Shown: in pieces, positions 10,092 through 22,100 of the stretch
Numbering within the stretch: position 1 is the first letter of the stretch
How the letters are laid out: each line of letters opens with the position of its first letter
Assembly: GCA_001642005.1 (NCBI GenBank)
Contig: LWCA01000251.1
Location: 1-36,668 of the forward strand
DNA: 36,668 bases
Source: Intoshia linei
Taxonomy: Eukaryota > Animalia > Orthonectida
Reading direction: 5' to 3'
Notes under the pieces: generated by a model
Databases searched by the model: none
What the model was told of the DNA's origin: nothing
Seen by the model: the letters and a program-made list of their open reading frames with translations, nothing else
Position numbers and translations under genes: made by a program

Positions 10092-12197
10092 TTATTCTTT
10101 ATTATAATACATTTTGAGTTGTTCATCTGTTGGTTTGAGAATGCATTTAGAAACAAAATCAACTATCCATCCTGGTTGTAGACCATACCAAATTTGTCTT
10201 ACTCCTTTTTTTAATTTCATCAATTTATTTATTTCATCGTTTTGGTTTATATTTTTCAGACAAATTTTCTTAATATAATCTTTATCGTCCAACTCCAACT
10301 CTTTTTTATTTTGGGTGTAGTTTAAGTGATAATTTTCCAGCAAATAACCAAATTTTTGGCATGTTTTGATTCGCGCATCAGACAATTCATTTTCACTAGC
10401 CAGGTAGCCGCGGTTACTTGGATCGCAGTAATAATCTGCAATATCACTGGTAGGTAATTTACATCTTGGAATAGGTACGCCTCTTTCAAAAAATCTGGGT
10501 GGATTTTCCATTGCTTCAACACACTCTTTATTGTAATATTTTGTGCTTATTATACCACCTTGTTTCTCAATAGCTGCAATACTCAATTCGTCGGCATATT
10601 GTACTTCAATATTTATTTTTGATTGGAAAATATCACAACCCTAAATTAAATAAATATAACTATACAATTATTACCAACCAAGGGTCATGAAAAAAAACAT
10701 TAGGAAATTATATATACATTTTAATCAAAACTAAATTTATTTCATAACAGTCGGTTAACCTTTTAAATTGGAAAACGTAGTTTTCACATAAAATTTAGTA
10801 GCTATATCTAAAATATTGGTTTTTGATCTTGAAGGACGAAATTTGCAATAAAACATCAGTCTCGAAAAATTGTATTATAAAGTGGGGTTTTTAAATAAAC
10901 GGTAACAGACAGACGTCAATCAATTTAATATAAGTAAAGGGTTTATATATACCTCATCAACAAGATTAATTCCGTAAAAATTTTTATCTGGGTCAATATT
11001 AATAATTTTTGTGTTGCACAAGTCAGTAAAATCAATAGTTTTAGTTGGATCCAATAAACCCAAATCAATCATTCTTTGAAGGCTCAAGAGGCTGACAGGG
11101 TAATATTGCTTACGTAAACTAAAAATAATTAATAATGCCAATATTGATAGTACAAGAAATTTTTATAATAATCTTCTTTAGGGTTAACCATATAAAAGGG
11201 GTTTTTATCGATAGAGGTTACACCGACTGGAAACATTTGCCTACCATCAGTGTGCCAGGCTTTTGATTGTTTACTGAATGCAGCTTTTCCACGACATACT
11301 CTTTTCTAGATTAAAATTTAGAAAAGTAGTGATAAAGTAATTACAATGTATAATACTCAACCAAGTAAATTGTTGACAAAGAAAGAAATAGATTTCTGTC
11401 ATGGGAGTAAGTCAAAAAAACTTTATCAACAAATCAAACATTTTTCTGCAGTCTGAGACAAATTAGAATGGGAAATAATCATTCATACATACCCATAATT
11501 AACCATTAGTTTTCATTAAAAACATTATATGGTTTATTGATAACTGTAGTAGATTTAAACAAGAAATGGGGACCTTCTGAACAATTTAAATTATTTTTCA
11601 TTTAAAATTACATAGTATTTTATTTATTATATTATTTTGAAAATATTAATTTTTAGTATAATTGGATTTTTCAAAAAAATATTGGTAAAAGCGGCTTTTT
11701 TCCTTAATGGTTGGTAAAATTAGGTTTTTTCTTTTGGGATCAGATAGAGAGATTTTTGATTTAAATTTTTGGTAAAAAGGGATTTTTTCCTTAAGGGTTG
11801 GTAAAATTTTGGTTTTTTCTCAAAGATTTTACTAAATGGAATAAAATATGCTAAAAATTTATCATTCACCCCCAATCATCTAAAATTTTCGTATTCAACA
11901 CCTAATAAAATTATCCACCCCTTGGGGTGACCAGTCACCCCATGAGAAGCACTGCTATATTTGATTAAATTATATTTAGAAAGGTGTGGCCTTACTAAAT
12001 TTTTTTGGGGCGTTAGTGCCTTCTTCGAAAAGTAAATGCTACCCCAGATACATTTAACTATAATTAGGACAAAAAACATTGATAAACAAATTTATTACGT
12101 TTTTTAATGTTCCTTTCAATGGTTTAATGTTTCCCAAGCAAACCCTGGGAAGCTTCTTTAATAATTCGATGGATTTTCTGATTGCCTGGTCAGACAT
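10092..12197 (-). CDS. MRPL15: Mitochondrial large ribosomal subunit protein uL15m (~321 aa; exons 12197-12099, 11305-11154, 11118-10953, 10640-10092)
   Basis: LLKKLPRVCLGNIKP, RKQYYPVSLLSLQRMIDLG, YGINLVDEG, INIEVQYADELSIAAIEKQGG, FFERGVPIPRCKLP, YYCDPSNRGYLA and WYGLQPGWIV match recalled metazoan MRPL15 motifs. Intron phases 0/2/0 are consistent. Confidence 0.93.
10780..10941 (-). mobile_element. Helitron-like 5' fragment in MRPL15 intron 3
   Basis: The minus strand reads CCCTTTACTTATATTAAA...GTCTGTCTGTTACCGTTTATTT, matching the family 5' end (compare 30266, 15167, 35914). Confidence 0.6.
11640..11954. mobile_element. hAT-type MITE remnant with an internal ~86-nt duplication, in MRPL15 intron 1
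   Basis: The right terminus CATGAGAAGCACTG (to 11954) is the reverse complement of the terminus at 29056 (CAGTGTTTCTCATG). The unit TTTTCCTTAA(T/G)GGTTGGTAAAATT is repeated, with similar sequence at 21500-21680. Confidence 0.55.
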
Positions 12198-13197
12198 TTT
12201 ATTTTAATTTGAAGGCTTAATTTATTGATGTATCATTAGAAATTATTTGTTCTTATTATCATTTTTAGGTTTATATTTTTGATTTTCAGAGGAATCGAGC
12301 ACACTACTTTTAACATATTTAGTTTATTGCTAATTATGTGAATCTTAGTACTGTATTTTTCTTATATAATGGTTTTTGTTAAGGAAAGTTATTTTTTACA
12401 GTAATATGCTGTAATTTAAAAAACTGGCACAATTATATCCAAATACTGTACCAAGATAAATTCTAAAGGTGTTACACGAATCAAGGTTATGTTTTTTCAA
12501 TTTCATTCATTATTTGTAGATTTTTAATATCATTACCGAATTTTCATTTTTTATTTATATTGGAAATTTGGCACGAATATAAATGTAAATAATAATATAT
12601 CTAGTCCAATATTTCCTAATTGTGGAACTAGGCCCCACCGGTGGAATCTGAAGAAAAATTGAGTTAGGCAAGGAAATTTCACAATTTCACGGAAAATTTT
12701 AATAATAATTCTTTTTTGAAATGGAACCTGGGATTTTATGAGTCAAAATAAGACTTAGTATAACAAAGGTTTGGAAACACAGATCTAACCTCAACATATT
12801 CAACTTTTACAAATTTTTGATCTGTCATTCTCAAGGTATACCACAGGTTAAATCATAACTCTATCAGCACAGAAAAAATCGAATATTTTTTATTTACTCT
12901 TATTATATCAATAAGGAGTTAATAAAAATGTATTCATATTTATCAACGGAGGCTACCAAAATTGTATGAGTCAAAAAGTTAGCGACCGACCTATTTATAA
13001 ATATTGCATTGCAAACATTTGGTGACCTTGCAGGGGTTATTTCACGCAAAAATCGAGAAACTTGTGTGAAAATTAATTTGCGTATCATAGAAGGCATTTC
13101 CCAAATGTGTAGGAATTTAATAAAGTTAAAAATTATGATCTAATTGATAAAAATAAAAAATTTAGTAAAATTAATTTAATAATAATAGTAAAATCAT

Positions 13198-16100
13198 TTA
13201 TACAGCAACTACAGAAAAGGGAGATCCTTTAATGTGGGATCCACCCCAGAGAATTGAAAATAAGTAATTTCCTTTTTGTGACACAGTGTATGAAATTTCA
13301 TAGGTACAGTTACTAACTCTATCAATGTGTATTTTATCAAAAGGATTGGCTGGTCCCTTCATTCCAACCATAAATTCATTGTCAATTTGGTCTGTAGATT
13401 TGATTTTAACTTTCATGACCTTCCCAACTATTGCAGTGGATAGTGCATCACCGGAAACAGTGATCTCATTACTTCCATTATGATTAACATTGTTTCCATT
13501 TAATTGTACTTTTCCAGTAGTAATTTGCGAAGAATAAATTTCTTCATAATTTGAATCGGAACTATGTGTATTCATTTCATTTTTATCTAGACAAGATTGG
13601 ATTAGTAACAGTAAATTTAACATGATAAAATATTATAAAACAGTTATAAAATTACACCTCGACTATTCACCTAATTTGCTCAAAAAAATTAATTTTAATA
13701 ATTTTTATGCATAACCTCCCTTATTCGCTACTAATTTTTTTTAAATAAATAACAATAATAAAAAAGTTTTCGTGCCTTGGTCCCCCATTATTAAAAAATA
13801 TGAAAAATTAGAATTTGCAAATTGTGAAATGAAATGTAGAGTTAAACAGAAATTATAAATGTATGCGACCATAAAATTAAATTTAATAAACTTACAAAAT
13901 GTACATACAAAATTTTTAACTTGACCGGCCATACCTGCTGGCGGTCTCTATGATTTGACAAGACTAATTTATTAACTTTATTTTAATATAATATATCTAT
14001 AATAATAAACTTATATTAATCTTTATTGTACGTCCATTTCTAAATCGTGTGACAAACAAAAATAACAAAGAAACATGAATACAAATGTATATATGCTGAT
14101 ATCTATATACAATTTGTTTAAAAAATAGACTTTATAACACTGACAACCTGAATGAATTTGTTTCAACATGATTCATTTATCATACATTTTATGTATACAT
14201 TTTGTTCAAAATGAGCAGATCAAGATCAAAGCCGAGCATACCATGCTTGAGGTAACCGAACATAAAAATAGATCCAAAAATTCGCAAACGACGCGTAACG
14301 CCATATACCCCTCTATGTGGATACAAACGTGGTATTTTAAAATCGACAAATAAAATAATTATGATATTCAAAAATATATAATTTTCTCAAATGCCCAATT
14401 TCACAAAAATAGAAACACGAAGAGGGGTCACATACCCGATAGGTTCACCTCCGTTTAAGAGTATAAATAATCATTAAAAGAAAAAATAATAATTACCAGA
14501 CAAAACATTAACATGGAATGGACTGCCGTTTATGTTGATATTGTTGTATTTAATGAAAATTTTGTAAACACCAGGTTTGTAAGGAGTATAAAAAATTTCA
14601 CATCCATTAGAACATTCCTTTGTTTCCAATAAAACTTTAGACGGGCCAGTTACATCTACTGAAAGATTTCCATGACCAGCATTGTTGGTTGTTATTTTGA
14701 AATAATTTTGAACATCTAAATTAAATGATTAATAGAAAACGTTTAAGAAAAGGAACAAATAAATTATTCTAGTTATGGGGTTCCAAAATAATGAAATTAT
14801 TTTATTTTAAATTACCAGTATGAAAATTTAAAATTATACAAGTTTAAATTAAAACATAAATTTCATTAACGTGTGGTGATAGTATATAAACTTGCACTAA
14901 ACAGCGAAAAGGTTCATAAAATAGTCACCAAATAAAAAAAATCAAAACTAAAATGATATTTTGACCGTCAAGACGTCACTTTGTGAAATTGAGATTTTTT
15001 GTATATATTATCTGGAAATAACTGTATCAGCTGTATTTTTTTTTATATTCTAGGAAAATTTTTATTTTTAAAAAAAGGATAATTCTGAGCTTTTGATTTT
15101 GAAAATGTAGGTTTTTGAGTTTGTCATTTACGATATATCTTATTATTTCAAATATCACAGAATATATCCTAACTTAAATAAAACTCTTTGTCTGTCTGTT
15201 ATCGTTCATTTCAATAACTTAAGGGTCTCTAAATTTCTCATTTCCATTACAGTTTTTTCCGGTGGTGAAATTAAGATAAATTTTAATCTCAGAAATTTAC
15301 ATCTTACCAAAAAGCTTGTCAAAAGCCTAATTATCATTTTATTTAACAGTGTTTTATACAATTCTAGCACATTATTAATATTATAAAAAATGGTAATTTG
15401 TGTTTTTGTCCTTGAAGAATTTATTTCACATTACTCAAAAAACTATTAGAAATTGGGATTTTTAAATTCTTTACTAAAATTGTTTAAATTAAATTATAGT
15501 TTAATTTAAACGTAATACAGATACAGACATAATTTTTTTTCAAGTAAAGAATGATTTAAAAAAATTTAAATACAAATTTACGTAAAAAATAAATAAAAAT
15601 ATAACCGATTAAACCGCCAGAAATACCGTCTCCTGATATCTGAATCGCAGAACTATCACAAATATTGGTAATATTAATAATATAAGGACAATCTGGTAAA
15701 TCTTGACCTGTGCACACATCCTTAATAAACAATTTATGAACACCTTTTTCAAATGGTAGAAAAACAATGGAACATTGATTTTCAAAGTCTGATTTAATTT
15801 GAGCATCAATAATTTTATTAGATGGAGATAGAACAAAAGCTTTCAAATTTTTCGTTTTAATATCCTTAAGAGTAAAAATAGCGTGACTAGGCCTCATATC
15901 CATACATACAAAATCTTGATCATCAACATCAACCTTTTCTCCGTTAACACCATTTTCGTTATTATGACCATTTTGAATAGAATCTTGAACACAAAGCGTA
16001 AACGGCGATCCCAAAATTTCATTGCCATCATAAGTTACTCTAATAGCATATTTCCCAGGTTTAGAACATTTATAACTAACCACCATCAACCCTGGATCTT

Positions 16101-19100
16101 TATCATTGAAATCCAAAAGTGTCCGTGAAGGACCTTCTATGTTAATATTGATATGCCCGTTATTACCAGCACTCTGTGTATTAATAAAAAACGTGCCCTT
16201 TTCATTTACAACAGCATTTTCTAACCCATCACCGTAAACTTTTATTGATTTCCAACCCAAGTTAATGTTTTCGCTTACAAAATAAACAAAAGGACTTCCT
16301 TCAATATGTGTTTTGTCAATTTTAATGGAAATTAAATGTTCACCAACTTCTTTAGCATAAAAAATGACAAAATTATCTCCATCATCAATTTTTCTGATAT
16401 CACACGGTTCAATGCAACCGGAAGGACATTGTACTATAGCTTTAGCATTGTTTGGAATAGTTCCACTAAATTTAATGAGTAGTCGACACAAATCAGATGT
16501 TCCATTGACATGCTCCTTCAATATTTGAGAATCTGAATTTGATACTTTATAAACGATGGGCGATGCAGTTTCATCAGATAATGATTTAATTATATATGGA
16601 CAATCTGGTAATATCTGTCCGTTATAATTAATAGTAACTTCAAAATTGCCTTGGCCAAAAATGGTATAATATATTTCGTAGATATTGTTATCCAATTTTT
16701 TTGAAAAAATTTTACATTGAGCTGGACCGTCAATAGCCAACCCCAATGGAGCGACAGGAACTTTGGAGGCATCTAAAACAAATTTATTTTGTGAATTGTC
16801 ACTTTTTAAAGTGTTGATTTTATTTTTGTCTAATCCCTGTACAACAATTCTGGAAAGGTCTATAAAAACGTCAAGTAAATTCAGAGGGACATCAAAGTAT
16901 ACTTTTTCATCGTCTAAATAATTATAAAATCCCACAATATAGCTTCCACAGGCAGTTTTAGGGAACGAACCAACAAGTTTATGTTTTGCAGTTTTGAGGT
17001 CTAAAACGACAACTTCATCGGTAGGACATTTAACCCCAGCTACACAGTTATCTAGATTTTTTGAGTTGTTTAAATAAACAAATTTTATGCAATTTTTCAA
17101 ATCAATTGACTGGTATATAGGCTCAATTTTCGGAAATATTAGAGCTCTAAATGGAGAATTGGCCACATTCATTTTATTGAACTTGATAGTTATCATATAA
17201 ACGCCCTGTTTGGTCGGCGTGTACTTAAACTCGTAAAGGCAATTTGATTCGTTTACGCAACTACTGGCTACTTTAGCTGGACCTTCAATTTCAATGTCTA
17301 TCGAACCGTCCTTGTTTATGGGTATTTGGACGTGCATTATAGCCGGTTTATCGACATAACCGTGACTTAAACCGTCACCATATGCAATTACGTCATTTTC
17401 GGTTTTAGAATAAACTGTAAAATTAATATTACAATCCTTTTCTGCGCACTTAAAATTCAAATTATACGAACCTTCCACTGTGGGACCTAATACGGTGACA
17501 GTAGAATCTAAATTTTCATAGTAAAAAGCTGGATATTCTTCGTATTGATCTGTAATACTCAAATTCAAATTATCAATGTCAGCGGGGATTATAAAGGTAT
17601 TTAGAATAACATTTTGATTGATATCATCAATTTCATTAAACATATTACGGGAAACGTACATGTAGTACTCATCTTTTGAAACTGCCTTTTGACGAATTTT
17701 TTCAGGAATTAATACACCACCAAAGCTAAATTCCATTTCATACAAGCCACACGATTCGGGCACATAGCTAATGTTTGATATTCCTTTATCATCGGTAATT
17801 ATGTTTATTGGTATATTTACGCCTTCATTTTGAGCTTCCACGTAAAGGTGCCCTTTTCCAGCCCTAGATATGTCTACTTTTATGCAAGTAGTAGTATTTA
17901 TTGGAACTATCTTGCTCGTCACTTTAGGAAGCATCACCTCATTCGCATTTCCGGTTGGCAAGACTTTTTTCTTAAAAGACTTTGTTAATGGTTTATTATT
18001 AAACAAAATGTCGATATAAACGTACCCTACCTTGTTTGCTGAAAATTTAATAAACAAAACTTGAGAATCACCAATATAAGTTGTTTTAGAAGGAATTTCA
18101 TTTTTTTTTTCGTCATAAATATTCACAGTAATATCGCCCTTTTTAACTTTAGACGTGTTGACCATAAATGATGTGGGAATAGTTGCATAAATATTTTTCG
18201 AATCAAAAGCTTCTCCCGTAATTTCAATATCTTGACACGATTCATCAGTAAACGAAATTTCACGTGGAGAACTTTCAACTTTAATTTTTTCAATTTTAAC
18301 TACAGGTTCTTTGACTGGAACTCTAAATTGTACTTTACCCTTACTAATAGGAAGTCCACCATACGTGCAATCCAATTCAAAAAATCCCGACTTTGGCACA
18401 AGAAATTTTACATAATAAAACTTACTCGAACTATCCGTTGTAATTTGACAGGCAATTTTTTTATTATTGGATAAATCAAGCACAGTAACCTCGATACAAG
18501 ATTCTCCGGCATAAGTAGTATCAATAACAATTTCAGTCATTTCATTAATGTTAAACATTGGTGGTTCCGTTATTTTTACTTTTTCCGGGTCAAATGTGTA
18601 ATCTGATCGTATTTTGAATGACCCATTCGGGACAATTTCTGAATCATACAACAAGTCAAATTTTAATTGTCCACATTCTAACGTTTTGTAAACAACAGTT
18701 TTGACATTGTCGTCACCAACAATATCAAATTCTGCCTTCACACCTTCCGATTTAATTGAAAATTCTCCTGGACCAGCTTTTTCAAGGTTCACAATTATTG
18801 TATTTTCTTTACCAATATCAGTTACACCAGTCAATCCGTTTCCAGATAGTACAATTTTAGACGAATCCGTTTTATAATTTACAAAAACTTTTTTTGGAAA
18901 CTCTGTAAACGTTAAACTGTTATACTTCAACACTACAATACCTTCGCCGGGTCTCGGAACAGTGAACGAAACTTTATAATGAGTGTCTGATATTTTGTAA
19001 ACACTTGCATCAATAACATTATCATTTGGATCTGTAAATGTGCCAATCATCTTTAGCGATTTCTCTATAAACGTTAGTCTACCCAGATCAACATCATATT

Positions 19101-22100
19101 GGAATTTTGTACCAACAATGAATTTTTTAGGGTGTCTGACATGAATAAAATTAATATCATTTTCAAAAAGCACTTTGAAGGGACTGTTTACAATCTCTGT
19201 TTGGTTCATAAATACGTTTAATCTATACTCTCCGGCAAACTGATTGTCAATATCAACAGTCATGATATCTTTACCTGAAACTCGTTCATTTTTAACGTAA
19301 TGCTTAACATTTTGACCAAATTCGTCCATTAACAATATAGATATCGTACCTTTACCAGCTAAACTTGAATCTATATAAAAATAGGCATCTTCTATATGAG
19401 TAATTATTTTATCTATTGCTGGGCCATACACTAAAACTTTTGTTAAATCACAAGATTTATTCACATTGAATCGGAATGGGCTATTTTTTACAGCACACCC
19501 TTCAATGTCAACTAATAATCTCACTTTGCCCTCTGATTTAGGAGTAAATGAAAATGTACAATTATCAGACATTACTGGCAAAAAATTGTAATTATCATCC
19601 AAAACTCTTATACCAATTTGAATGTCAGATTTAACATTTTTTATAGAATCCAAATTTATTTCAAATACACACGTTTCATTTTCAACTAAATCCAATTCAT
19701 CTATTGGTTTTCCCTTGTGGGTAATGAAAACATTTTCAATGTAAAAATTAGGCAATTCGTCTTTTATTTTAACTAGCCATGGAGAGTTTGGTACGTCTTC
19801 GTTATTGTTCAAGATGTGCAGTTCGTATTCTCCTGCAACTGTTGGAACGTACGAAAAATCTACCGTCTGATCATCTACTTCTTTAGCGTTGATTTTTGCG
19901 TGGGATGGACCTTTAATGTCAAATGCCAGGTTTATTGCTTCGTTGTTTGAATCAACGGTAAATGTACAATTTTTATTTACCTGACCATTTTCTATGCCAC
20001 TTCCATAAACCATAATATTTGATTTAATGCATTTTAAAATTGATACCGGATACACCTTTTTAATTTGTTCATTTCCGTATTTCGAAACCACTTTATAAAC
20101 ACCGACCTGTTTTGGAACATATTCAACATTATATATTGAATCTTGTCTTGTAATATCCACGCTTATTTCTTCGTTTGTTGGAGAAGTAATTTCTACCGAA
20201 AATATAGTATCACTTGGTCCACAATCTGTACAATCGACACTAAAACTAACCTTATCGTTCACTCTTATACCCTTTTCTACTACTCCCCGTCCAGTGATTA
20301 TGCATCTGTCCGGGTAAATATCTACATTTAAATTTACATAAAATAAACTCGATTTAAACTAAAATTATTGCTCGGCAAACTAATGGATGAATTCAGTGTC
20401 GAACCTACCTTACTCGAGGCCCGTGATCGGGGAGTGAGTTCAACGCAAATTTTAACATTTTCCCAAAATGTGCATTAAAAATGTAAATTCAAGAGCCTTA
20501 GAGAGGTGAATAGGGACAATGACACCACGCATCATTTTTTAATTTTTTTAAAAGGGAATATTTTTCATTTTTGGGTGACCTCAAGCTTAGTAGATTCAAC
20601 TCTAGATTTATTAATACATTTTTATAAAACAATTTTTTTTTTGAGTAAAGTAAATTAAAAAAAATCAAAACCCTTTAAAAATGTAAAAATTAAAATTCCA
20701 CTATGACAAATTTAGCACGGTTATTTTCATTTTAATTCGTGTTATTTTTCATAAATTAAATACAATTACCTGGAAGAACAATAATATTAACAGGCGCCAA
20801 TTTCAATGTATTATTTAGATGAGAAGCTTGTAATTTGTAATTTCCCGTTTGATTAAATTTAAAGGAATGTTTAACAGTATTATTAGCAACTTCTTTTACG
20901 ATATTTACAGATACGTCATTTGAATCCATTATTTTTACAGTAATATCTTGTAATATGTCAACTAAAATGTGTAATTAATCATATTTAAGATTAAAAATTA
21001 ATTAATATATCATAATAGACAGGATTGGACGATGTTTCACCAACGCGGCAAATTTTCAATTCAAAATAATAAACATTACCCATATATACTAAAAGTTTCT
21101 AAAATGTGTGTTCGTGTGAAGTGATTGATTTTTTCCCGGAAAAAATAAAAATTTTTTATCATATATAATATAGCAACATTAAAAATTTTAGAGACCATAA
21201 TTAATTTTAGAAATAAACAGAAATTTAATTAATGAAATAACACAAATCTAGATTGAAATTTACAAATTTAATTATATCAAAATTTATTTATTTTAGATTG
21301 TTGAAAAAGTGTTTCAAAACACACATAATATTGATAGATTCGTTTTTGAAACGTGTTCTACGTTTTATAACGAAATTAGAAGCAATAGAGAAAATTCTTT
21401 CATTTTGTGTTGACGTGGGTTGAACGGTCATAAGGGCTTCCTTTAATTTTAACAATCTTGATGATAGCGTTCCACTTCGTACCAACTATTATTTTTCAAA
21501 ATAATATTGGAAAAAGAGGATAATTCCCTTAAGCTTTAGTAATTTGTTGTTGGAATAAGAGGTTTTAAAAAAAAGTATTAGAAAAAGAATATTTTTCCAT
21601 TAAGGGTTGGAAAATTAGATTTTTTATTTGTGATTTGATGAAGTGGATTTTTTTCATAAGATTTCGTAAAATCGGATTTTTGAAAAGAATATCAGTGTAA
21701 GTCAATTTTTTAAGTGTTAAGTGTTTTAAGTTTCCAGTGTCTAATCATTTATTTAAAAAACTGAGGCTCCCAGAAAATAAGATAAAGTTCAAACATAGAA
21801 ATTGACAGCTTCACAGTCAAAACCCAAATTTTTTTTAACTATTTTTAAAACTAAATCTTAAATTTTTAATAAACACTAATTCGTGACAGATTTTAAAATT
21901 ATGAGCATTGTCATAAATTGAATCGTCAAAAACTTGCTTATTCAGGTCAAAATAAACGACCCATTATTTTGAAAAACAATAAATAAGTCTTAGAATTTAA
22001 AAAAAACCAAGTAATACCACTATTTTCAGTTAACGTTTCACATGCAATGATTCATGTGAATCATTAAAAATTTTTACTAAAATTTCAACATTTACCAACC

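Noticed and set aside
7300-14480. Stop-codon reassignment as an explanation for in-frame TAA/TAG in the coding-like relics
   Set aside because: CYB5R, MRPL15, filamin and the RAM-like gene terminate at TAA at the expected positions, and their exons contain no internal stops.
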